A stretch of 63,946 nucleotides of DNA, filler included, from Octopus bimaculoides (taxonomy: Eukaryota), in NCBI RefSeq assembly GCF_001194135.2. It is 4 parts of 4 records of this genome, joined end to end, with 100 filler letters (N's around TTAATTAATTAA, not from the genome) between each part and the next. Parts side by side here need not be neighbours in the genome. Positions count along the whole stretch, not along the records: positions 46,958 to 62,028 come from NC_068982.1; positions 62,129 to 63,946 come from NC_068997.1; 2 more parts are not named here. The stretch is one strand, 5' to 3'. A program made the translations under genes and the position numbers. Shown here piece after piece: positions 53,451 through 63,946 of this stretch. How positions within the stretch are numbered: the first letter of the stretch is position 1; every line of letters begins with the position of its first letter. The notes beneath the pieces are model-generated. The model did no database searches. It had not been told where the DNA came from and saw nothing but the letters and a program-made list of their open reading frames with translations.

Positions 53451-54972
53451 ACTGAGTGCTAGAAGAGTTGTGTCCACTCACTCTACCCTAAGAAATCGAA
53501 CTACAACTCCTCTTCTAACTGCATATTTCTCATGATTGTTTTCTAATCCCCTTTCTTGCCCTCACTGCCCAACTCACTGTATCGCTGCTTCCCACACACC
53601 CACACCCTATTTTTCTAACCAGGTTCTATGCTCATATTCTTGTTACTTGTGAGTATGCCCTAGCACTACATCTCTCTTCTGCTCTCTCTCTGTCTCTCTC
53701 TCTCTCTCTTACACTTTTTCTGTTTCCTTCTCTCTCTCTATTTTCCTTAGGTCACTCTCTCTTCCCTTCTCTTGTTTTTCCTCTGACTAGGTAAGCAAGT
53801 ATCTCCTTTACATCAGCACACTTGTTTCTGGCCTCTTTCTTGTACCTCTCTTTCATTATCTTTTTTCTCTCTTTCTCTCTCAGTGGGTAACCATGTACCT
53901 CCTCTATAGCAAGACACCTATTTCTGTCTCTCTATTTCTCTGTTACACTCTAACCTTTCGTTATTTGATACTGGATCACCTCATCTAATGCCCCCTCTGT
54001 TGTGACAAAACACCTGTTTCTCTCTATCACACTCTAACCTTTCATCTTCTGACACAAGTTTTCCTCCTCAAATGTCCTGCGCCCCTCATAATTCCTTGTC
54101 CTGTGAGTTACTTGGTTACCCTGCCAGTGCTGGTGCCATGTTAAAAGCATCCAGGCCATACTGTAATGTGTTTGGCATTTGGAAGGGCATCCAGCTGTAA
54201 AAATCATGCCAAAACTAACCTCACCTGTGCTAGCACCATGTAAAAAGTACTGCATCCACTCTGTGGAATGGTTGGTGTTAGGAAGGGCATCCAACTGTAA
54301 AATCCCTACCAAAGCACACACACAGTAGCCTGGGGTTGTTTTTGTACCTGGCTGGCTCTTGTCAACCATCCTGCCCATGATGATAATATTCTGATTTATA
54401 TATTAACTGAAAAGTCAATGATTCAATCTGTTTCACCAACATTATGTTATGTTAATAGATATTACATGAAATGTAAGGATATAGATAATGTGTGAGAGTT
54501 TAAGTCTATTGACTAAAAGTGTTCAAGTTTATGTCACATCTGTTAGCAAGACACAAAAGTCTTGCTGGTTCAGTTCACTTGGTCTATATCTGTATGTGTG
54601 TTTGTGTGTGAGTTTGTATTTCCTCTTATCACTTGTGGGATTCTAGCTGGTTGTAAATAGTGGCTTTAGAAGCAAACAGTGTTGTTTGTTTGTAGTCCAC
54701 TGGGAAAGCAGCTTTGAGCTGTTGTTTGATAGATAAAGGAATTATTACCTCATTTGTAAACAGGTTGGAGTTGGTGTCTTCCTGATGCCAACCCTTGTCA
54801 AGAAAACTGTCTCAGTATAAGTGTAGTCATATCTAACCCATGCTAGCATGGAAAAATAGAAGTTAAAATGATAATGATGATGAATATTTCCTATTTTACT
54901 GAAATGATTTTTCTTGAAAAAAAATGCTATCGTTTGTTCTTAATTACCTCAGAAACTTCATGTGTATTTTAG

Positions 54973-55039
54973 AAACATTTGAGTTAGAAATAGAAAGCTA
55001 TTTAGATAGTTTAGTAAACAGTTTAGATCATCACACATA
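54973..55039 (+). CDS. Candidate 67-nt exon (E)TFELEIESYLDSLVNSLDHHT, phase 1 to 2
   Basis: gtattttag| acceptor, TA|GTATGT donor; only one frame open; phase-compatible with 51260-51314. Confidence 0.3.
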
Positions 55040-55510
55040 GTATGTTAGTCTTGCTTGGCCGAATAATTATCAATTCTTCTGAATGTACTTCCATTGCTTT
55101 CTAAAGGAATTAAATGAATAATAATGGTTTCAAATTTTGGCACAAGGCTAGTAATTTTGAGGGAGGAGGTAAGTTGACCACAGTGGTTAACTGATCCTTA
55201 ATTTATTGACTCCAAAACAATGAAAGGTAAAGTTGACCTTGGAGGAATTTGAAATTAAAATGTAAAAACAGATGAAATGCCCTTTAAGCATTTTGTCCAG
55301 TGCGGTAATGTTCTGCCAGCTCACTACTCTAGTTGAATGAATAATAATAACATTAAGAATTTTAATAAAAGAAACCTATAAACGGTATCATTCAGTTTCC
55401 CTGATTTTTCATTAAGGCAAAATTTCTCCAGTGGGATCTGTTTATAGAATGAAAATTAGAAAATAAAGAAATTATAAATTTAATGGGTTTTCTCATTAAA
55501 TTATATTTAG

Positions 55511-55577
55511 TTACTGTATTTGAAGGAGAAGGGTATTTTGACCTACCATTGAATACTACTAAAAATTGGGTGAAGTT
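55511..55577 (+). CDS. Candidate 67-nt exon (V)TVFEGEGYFDLPLNTTKNWVK, phase 1 to 2
   Basis: attatatttag| acceptor, TT|GTAAGA donor; only one frame open end to end; phase-compatible with 51260-51314. Confidence 0.4.
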
Positions 55578-55858
55578 GTAAGAATATACAGAGCGTTACT
55601 ACATTTTAACAATATTCTTTGTTTGCTTTAAGTCAAGGTCATGCTTTTTTTTTTATATCTTATATTAATTGTGGAATTATTACATATTTTCCATTATTCA
55701 AGCTTCTTGTTTTAGTTGTGTAAAGTAGTTTATTTCTATATAATGCTCATAATCTTCAGAGCTCTTTTCTCACTTGCTTTTGTGGGATGGGGTGGTTATT
55801 TATATCGTTTTTCCTAATATTTCTGATGTAGATTAAAATCTCCTTGATTTATGCATCC

Positions 55859-55918
55859 AAGCAACCTTATTCACCACACAGCCACGCCAGCATGGCTGTG
55901 TGGTGAATAAGGTTGCTT
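55859..55918. repeat. Perfect 26-bp inverted repeat with 8-nt loop, derived from a SINE head
   Basis: aagcaaccttattcaccacacagcca-cgccagca-tggctgtgtggtgaataaggttgctt. Confidence 0.95.
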
Positions 55919-56059
55919 CACAATCATATGGTTTCAAGTGCAAGAAGTGTGATGGAAAGGAGTCTTAACCAAACTAATCACAGGCATGGAACATCATAAT
56001 CATCACCATCATCACTGTCATACTTTAATGTCCTTTTCTCATGCTGGTATGGGTTAAAC

Positions 56060-56404
56060 CAGTAGTCCATATGACCCCTGGGGTCATATAAGATTTTTGG
56101 GAGTCCGTACATGCTGTAAAGTAGTAAATTGGGGATCCTCAGCAATATTTGAATAGTCCATGGATAAATTTTGCTTTTATATGTATTTTTATTGCAAGAA
56201 ACAACTAGGTTTCTTTCTTTGTTTCCAGTCACTGAAACATGTTCTCTCAAAGAGTGCTATTGCAAATGTACACAAGTAAACGTATGAAAAACAGTATAGG
56301 AACTTTTGAAATACATATCTATAAAACTAGTTTTTAGACATCAAATGACCATGGGGTTCTACCAGAATGAAATTGTCATTAAAAAAAAATGGTTGAGAAC
56401 CTTG
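56060..56404 (+). mobile_element. Decayed hAT-type MITE
   Basis: Ends aaaaatggttgagaacc (hAT-type terminus); 56340-56400 resembles 4500-4580 in this window. Confidence 0.6.
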
Positions 56405-59400
56405 TTAGATGGTTTGACAGGAACTGACAAGTCAGAAGACTGCACTTAGCTTCACTGTCTGCTTTGGCATGGTTTCTACAGTGGAATGTTCTTCCTAATA
56501 CCAACCACTTTACAATGTATATTGGGTGATTTTCCTATGGTTCTGGGTCGAGTGAGGTCACCAAGTATTCTCAAGCTCTCTGAAGTGAGTGGGGCTATAA
56601 TATTGAGAGAGGTGAAAGTATGATAGAGGAACAGGAATAGGTGTCTTGCTAAAGAGGGGATATATGGCTTCTTCAGCTGGAAAGAGAGATGATGTGGTTG
56701 TACCCTCAAGGTACAAGGTAAATATAAGAGAGAGAATAGGGATAGAGGAATTGAAAGGGTGTGTATATAGATAAGTTTACAAGAGTGTAAGAGGAGTGCG
56801 ACATGATTAGAGATGAGGATTGAGGTAGATGCAGTAAGTATCAGTTTGGGTGAGGGGAAGTCTAGGAAATAGGGAATGAGTCAAGGAGGAGGTGAAGTTA
56901 AGGGACAGTACTAGGGATACAGTGTGAAGTGTAAGGGGATAAATGGTATTTACAGAACCTGAATGAGTTGTATTGGAGGGATGGGTGTTACAAGATGAGT
57001 TGTTGGGGGGATGGATGGGTGGGGAACTTAACAGGACCTTATTTCACTGAGAGGGATGGGTCTTCTCCAGCGCAGTATACCTGGCTTTTGTTAACCTGGA
57101 GAAGACTGTCGTCATGCTATGTCATTGTATTTGCCTGCATACTTTTATTCTTTTTCTCTTACACATCTTGGACCTGTCTTCTGGGTCATATAAACCTCTG
57201 CCATACCATCTTAGTCCTGTACCTGGCCCAGAATACTGAATACTCTTATCAATCCTCCTCTCTATCACACATTTGTTTCATCACTATATTTCTTGTTTCT
57301 ATCACTGATGCTTCTTTGAGAAGAGGCTGGTTTGTTCTGTCCCCACTCACGTCTACAGAGTACATACCTTCAGGGTTCACCTAGATGTGAAAAGACCTCC
57401 CACTTAGGAGATCGTTTATTATGCTACACTTTGTTTCACATTTTTTTTTCTGATGGTATATACTGCTTATATACTGCAGTATATACATGCTGATTCTGAC
57501 TGTGACAACCTGTCCATCCTATACCAGCATGGAAAGCTGATGTAAAATGATGATCGTGACAACTCTATTCTGCTCTGTGTCTTCACTACCTTAATATCTT
57601 TGTTAATATATATAACTTGTACAATTGTTTTATATACTTGACTGTTACAGATGATGTTTATTTGTAAACTCAATATAAGTGTCATAAATATTGCACTATA
57701 TATCAATCATCATTCACTTTATCTGTCATAAACATTGCACTGTACATCAATTATCTTTTGGTTTGTTATTGCTGACTAATGATGACTGAGATGATGTAAC
57801 TTGGGGTTTCTAGTTTAGGTCTCAGACTAAAAGAAGTATAGAGTTTTTGGCCATGTTTCAGCTAGAATGATGACTGTTTTTCTTTTTTTTTTTTTGTTCT
57901 ATTTATACCAATGTTAACCTGTCAAATAATGCTTATTTATTCACAGTTTTGAATTAATCACACATTATCTTAGAGATTTAGCTGATGTGAATGTTTATAT
58001 CATAGTAGGGGTCACAAGAATTTTTGAAAATATTTAAATGCAACTTCTATTGTACTCTTTCTTCAAGAACATCCAAAAAAGAAACATTTTGATATTCCAT
58101 TTGTGAAATTTGGGTGAATATTTTAGGAAATATGACAATTTGAATGGTCAGCGAAATGGTCAAAATCTTGCCTAATTAGCCTAACTGAATAATTAGCCAT
58201 ATTTGTGAAGTCATATCTTTGAAACTGAGGTGGTAATCATTTTCAAATTACACAAATTAATAATGACCATAGTATAGCAGTTGCCTATTTTTTTTCAGGT
58301 TCTTGGAAAGAAAACTTTTTTTGGCAATTTTAAAAATATTTATGTAAAGCCTATTTTGTTACATGTCACAGTCAATTTCAGTGTTTTCAGACCTAGTTAA
58401 ATCCAAAGTACAAGTCACAGGGATTTGAGTTTTGCAAATTTGTAGTTGGTATAGAACTAAATAAATCCTGAGATTTTGGAACATAACATTTCAATAAAAT
58501 TTTAATGGACTATTAAAAAGGTGTATAAATGGCCAAGTTTCAGATCAGGATGCCCACATGAGTTGTATTTTCTCCATTTTGATAGGGATTTTTCCAATTT
58601 TTTTTTTGCATCACATTCTTGGAAATGATGGGTGGTGGGGGCATAAGGTTTTTGGGAGTTTATAATTTTTTTCCACCACTCTCCTGACCAATTTTGGCCA
58701 ATTTTGTTTGCACTACACACTTAAAAACGATGCGTAAAAAAATAATTTTGAAAATATTTTCAAATGAAAATATGTGTGATTTAAGGGAGATTTAGCTGTT
58801 GTTTCTAGCACATCTTACAATCACCTGACCTTTGTCAGAATTGTATGTAGACCTGGATTTAAAAAAATCAAACAAAATGTAAGCATTAAAAACATAAATT
58901 AAAGGCATTAACAACATCTGTAACTTATAGCAAACTCATTCATAGGAGAGAAAGAAAATACCCAAAACGAAAATGTAAACACTGATACAAATTATCCCAA
59001 CAGTTTTCAGCAACAGAAAAAAAACCGAAAAAACATTACATCTGACTTTAATAGTTTACAAAATTATATTCATTGCACAATATAATTTTCATTGGTGGAA
59101 TTTGATCAATATTTCTCAAAGAAAAGTGAAATTTACATGTACAAGAATATCCAATAGGTTTGCTGAGCAGCTCTCAACATGTTAAAACAGTGAGAAGGAA
59201 TAAACAACATTCTCAATATAATGATTTCAAGCTAAGTTTGGACTCTAGAAGACTTATTAAACTCAATTTAGTGGATTTTTAGTAGAAATATATCATTGCT
59301 ATTATGCAAAAGTGTTGTAAGTCTAAAATGTTGCTTTTTCAGAAAACAAAAAAAATAGTTTCAACATTCCACAGGAAAACCATTGTACTACTCTTTGACA

Positions 59401-61754
59401 ATTTTTGATATCTTGGCAGCTGGAGATACAATAGTTTGACCAAAAGAACTGGCTGTTGCAAGCAAAAATAAATATTGAAAAAACGCTTTGGCCAAATTTG
59501 GACATACGACAGTCTAACATAATAGCAACGATATGTTTACTTAGTAATTAGTTCATCCAGTTCTTGAAATCCTGGTTCAAACTCAAGATTTGAAGCCTTG
59601 GATTTGTGTTCTCTTTGACCTCTCACTGCGTGTGAATACATCAGTTTGGCAAGTAGGATCAGTATACTACCCTCTTTACTGACTTTTTGCTTTTTCACCA
59701 TATTGTGTCCAGATTTAGCACTGACCACATTGAATTTGTAAGAAATTTATTTGCTTATGATATAAAAATCTTGAAGAAAATATGTCCTTTTCTAAGTAAA
59801 AGTTAACTGTTATATTTCGTAAGAAATACCTCACCTACTCCCATCGGTTTTTCTATCAAAATAAAGTGAAAACCTTCCTCTTCGTGACAGTATGATTTTT
59901 ATCATAACTCAAGTTATGGTGCTTGAGTGCATTGAATCAGAATGAGGGCTAATGTTCAGGAGTAAAAAAAAAACCCAAAAAAACCCCAACAAAGTTTGTA
60001 AATGCATGGAAATACTAAGGTGTTTGAGGGACCCTAACATGATATGTAACTTTCAGATTTTAAGTAAATCTATATGAAAAGGAAGTTCACATCCAGAACT
60101 TTTAAATGATATATAGGTTTCCTTGCAAAATATTTATTTTGATATGAAAATGACGAAGCAAAAAGTGTGTTTCTGCATGTTCAAACTGTGCTTGTCTTCA
60201 TTGTATGGTATTCTATAGTGATACTTAATTATAGGGTAGGTGTGCAAAGCCAGATGTGGTTTGGACATGGGACAAAGTGGAATATATGGGTTGAATATGG
60301 CTGGTTTAAATACTTTGTAATGATAGGATCGGCATTGAATATCAATCAAGCACTGATGTTTGAATTAAATGTGTTGATTTTTTTTTTGTTTAATTTATGT
60401 ATTTACTTAGGAATCATTCAGGGGAAACAGCAGATGTTCAATAACTTTAGAGGAAACATTAAAAGAAACATAAAAGATGTAATTATATACACAAAGTTGG
60501 ACAATTCCACTGACATTTTTTTCATTCTGTTTTATTTGCATATTTATTGTTGGTAATAGAATACTATATTTTCCTTTATCATATCTCAAAATATCAACAG
60601 TTAAGAAAAGTTGGTTTAAATTTTAATGGTGTTCAGCTGCATATTGATCTTATTGCTGTGGTGCAGTGATAAACTCTCAAGTAAAAACTTATGATCTGAT
60701 TTCACTTCTCACTTAGAATCAGTTACTTTGTTAAGGTCATAGGGAAATACATGAAAGTTGTGACCACTTTTTTTCCCCTCTATAACTCTTGTAGCGGTAT
60801 GATGGCATCAATATCTATATAACAGAAGATGTTTGTGTGTGTGTGTGTATGTGAATGTGGTTTATGCATGTCCACAAATTAGCACGCATGTCGCTCCAAT
60901 TTTAGGAGAAGATTCGGAATGACTTTATGTGCATTTTAGCGAAATTTTTCTCTCAGAGGCACCCGCGTATAGCTGTAAAAATCGATAAACTTTTACCAAT
61001 TTTGAAGTTTGTTGACATGGCGAAGTCAAATCTGTGCGTACGCGCGTGAATGCGAGAGAGAGAGAAATTGTATGTTTGTGAGAGGGAGGGTGAAGGAGAG
61101 ATACAATTTTGTTTGCCAGCCTCTGACAAAAAAAAAAAGTAGGAGAGGGCGGCTATTTCTTAACAGCTGTGTGGTAAGAAAAAAATACCTTCTCTCTCTC
61201 TCTCTCCCTCCCTTACACACACATGCCAGTTATCTCTATCTCTTTCTTTCTCTCTCTCCTTCTCTCACACACACACAGCAACATTACACACAAAACACAT
61301 GTTGCCAAAAAGAAATAGACGCTATCTTTTTATAGTGAGTATATACCAGACAGAAAGTGTGGTGTGTATGTGAAGTTCTTTTGTTAGTGTGAGAGAGCAG
61401 CATGTGTGTGTGTGTAATGTTGCTGTGTGTGTGTGAGACAGGGAGAGAGAAAGAAAGAAAGAGAGAGAGATAAATGTGTGTAAGGGTGGGAAAGAGATAG
61501 AGAGGGAGAGCGCGCTCTCTGTCAGCGTTCATCAAAAATTTAAATGTCAATTTTCTTCTTTTTCTTCTTAAACATGAGATATAGGTTCAATGTTTTTGAA
61601 AGACAATATATTTTATAATGAAATTATATATACTTTCTCACACAACAATTAAAATAGTTTTGTTTATATTTCACGCCGGTACGAGCCCTTAATATCGGCC
61701 TTTTCTGTAACAAGTGTCTTCGGCGATTTTTCGCCATCCATTTCTTTAACAACA

Positions 61755-61767
61755 ATGAAACAACGAG
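61755..61767 (+). CDS. Candidate start exon MKQR (phase-1 donor)
   Basis: aacaATG Kozak context, GAG|GTATGT donor at 61768, CpG-rich upstream sequence. Confidence 0.4.
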
Positions 61768-62072
61768 GTATGTAACAATTTGTCAGTGTTCCATTTATTT
61801 TTTTCTTAGTGAAAATCATGCGAGTGTTATCTAAAAATTTACCTTTACTCGGTAAATTTGAGATTTAAAAATGTTTTCCTTATTTTTCATCTCTGTATGT
61901 TGGTTCATTCAATTAGAAAATAAAGCCCAATGACGATGTAATTAGCAACTAGCACATTTGGTTTCTTAGTTTTTGTTTGCTTTTTTGTTTAAATTCTTTA
62001 CTTGACTGTTATATTTCATACGAAGAGTNNNNNNNNNNNNNNNNNNNNNNNNNNNNNNNNNNNNNNNNNNNN

Positions 62073-62084
62073 TTAATTAATTAA
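62073..62084. other. Artificial scaffold linker TTAATTAATTAA
   Basis: 44N-TTAATTAATTAA-44N. Confidence 0.95.
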
Positions 62085-62128
62085 NNNNNNNNNNNNNNNN
62101 NNNNNNNNNNNNNNNNNNNNNNNNNNNN

Positions 62129-62472
62129 CAAATCGACCCCAGTACTTATTCTCTGTAAGCCTAGTGATTATTCTATCGGTCTCTTTTGCCGAACCGCTAA
62201 GTTACGGGGACCTGAACACACCAACATCGGTTGTCAAGCGATGTTGGGGAGACAAACACAGACACACAAACATACACACATACATACACACACACACACA
62301 CATATATATACGATGGGCTTCTTTCAGTTTCCGTCTACCAAATCCACTCACAAGGCTTTGGTCGGCCCGAGGCTATAGTTGAAGACACTTGTCCAAGGTG
62401 CCACGCAGTGGGATTGAACTCGGAATCATGTGGTTGGTAAGCAAGCTACTTACAACACAGCCACTCCTGCGC
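62129..62472 (-). mobile_element. SINE family A, near full length, CpGs intact
   Basis: Reverse complement of the 16521-16915 layout. Confidence 0.9.
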
Positions 62473-63302
62473 TTATATGTTATAAAGTTAATAAAGTGTT
62501 CGGTGACGCATGAAATAGATCCCAATTGGTAATATTAGAAATTCTTTTGGATAAATTCACTTAGAAGTCACTATATATCTTCTAAAGTTCGAAATAAAAA
62601 AACATTAAATCCTTTTCAAAATCGGCGAGAAGTGGATTATCTGGAAATAATTAGTAAAAATTTAGATTATATTTGCCTATTTTCATTTTTCTCTTGATGG
62701 TTTTATTGTGAAAGTGAAAAAGCCTTTACCATATTCTTGTTATCAAAGAATTCGGTTTCTGGATTATCATTTCCATGTAAACATCATTCTTTGGTTGCTG
62801 TTAAGAATCGTTTGAATACATGCAAGCTTGTTCCACTGAATTTACTGAAATGTTATAACGTGTTGAAGTTAGACGACCTCTTCTTAACTCATCTATATAT
62901 ATATATATATATATAATGTATGTATGTGTGTCCATGCGTATGCGCGCGCGCGTATGTGTGTGTGTGTACACTGAGTAATTATTTTAAACTTGGGCATACA
63001 TCCAGTAGTGTGCCGTTTAAAGCACGCTCATTGTCTTCAGCTACCTGATGTCAAGAATACTGTCGTGTCCTTCGAGTATATAACAAATGAGAGAAAAGGA
63101 AAATGGAATTCATGAGATTCTCTATTAATCACAGCGATTTATTCAACGCATCTTGTATCGGCCCCTCACGGGTGAGATTCTGAACAACTGGTTGTGGTGC
63201 ATCATTCGGTGCAGATGTTAGGTGACTTTTCAAAAGGCACCTCGATAAATATACTCGGTGTCGCTTAGTTCGATTATAATACATTTCGTTATTTGCCTGC
63301 AG

Positions 63303-63369
63303 CTGGTTTTCTACGGGATGTATCGTGGTTTGGAATGACATGGAATGGAATACAGTTCATTTTGCTTTG
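63303..63369 (+). CDS. Candidate 67-nt exon (A)GFLRDVSWFGMTWNGIQFILL, possibly leading into a membrane or signal segment
   Basis: Strong acceptor tttcgttatttgcctgcag| and donor TTG|GTAAGA; in frame with the MKQR exon. An alternative frame (WFSTGCIVVWNDMEWNTVHFAL) is also open. Confidence 0.5.
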
Positions 63370-63946
63370 GTAAGAGACATACTTATAGTTAATCATAAAT
63401 GAAATACGTATATAAGAATAAAAATAAAATTATAAATTTAGAATACAATGAGCAGGCACTGTTCTGGCTTTGAGAAAGATATATAAAGTCATAAAATGAT
63501 AAAACAGTCAAGGTCAAAATAAAATGTCCTTTGCAGAACCTATGTATGCGTCGAAACGTGGTATACAAATGTACAGTGGACACCACAGGAGGCCCATATA
63601 TATATATATATAGAAACATCAGCCGACTTTTTTAAAAACTCGATACCGACATCACGTCCCCAGTGTCAGCAGGTTTGATAAAAGGCGTTCAACATCATCT
63701 TGTCATTTTGGTGGGGATTAAAACAATGCAACATTAGCGCTGGTTCCATGTCATGTCTCAAAATTCGAAGAATAAAAGTGAAACCTTAGACGGAGTAACA
63801 ATTAAATTTGTTTCACTTTTAATAGTTTCACTAGGAATATATATGTATATATGAATGTATGTATGGAAATCAAAAACAGTTTCACTTTTATATTGTTTCA
63901 TTTTTAGTCCTTTTTATATATGTATATATGTGTATATATATATATA

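Noticed and set aside
57770-57880. C-box-like atgatga words (snoRNA?)
   Set aside because: No properly spaced D box or terminal stem.
58946-59700. Protein-like stretches suggesting a pseudogene
   Set aside because: Stop density is close to random for AT-rich DNA and no motif was recognised.

Overview
Eukaryotic, AT-rich, very microsatellite-rich genomic DNA with many N gaps. The SINE, mariner and LINE content looks like an octopus genome (inference from recalled repeat families; no search run). Almost all ORFs in the supplied track are artefacts of simple repeats or N runs. Supported content: many tRNA-derived SINE copies; decayed Tc1/mariner elements and MITEs; hAT ends; RTE, R4/Dong-like and Penelope-like retroelement fragments; and three artificial scaffold linkers. 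No protein-coding gene could be named. Three compartments are visible: (1) ~1-41 kb is CpG-retaining and microsatellite/gap-rich, with several strong hairpins and candidate regulatory clusters. (2) ~41.6-46.6 kb is a promoter-like zone (ETS array, YY1-like, E-boxes, NRF1 palindrome, strong splice donors on both strands). (3) ~47.2-60.8 kb is CpG-depleted, probably a methylated gene body, with short candidate + strand exons; a second CpG-rich promoter-like region near 61.7 kb has a two-exon candidate start (MKQR/AGFLRDVSWFGMTWNGIQFILL). The most unusual structures are an interleaved A-B-A'-B' inverted repeat at 11.1-11.8 kb, a 14-bp ETS repeat that also forms a stop-start uORF ladder at 41.7 kb, a perfect 26-bp SINE-derived hairpin at 55.9 kb, and three same-phase 67-nt candidate exons.
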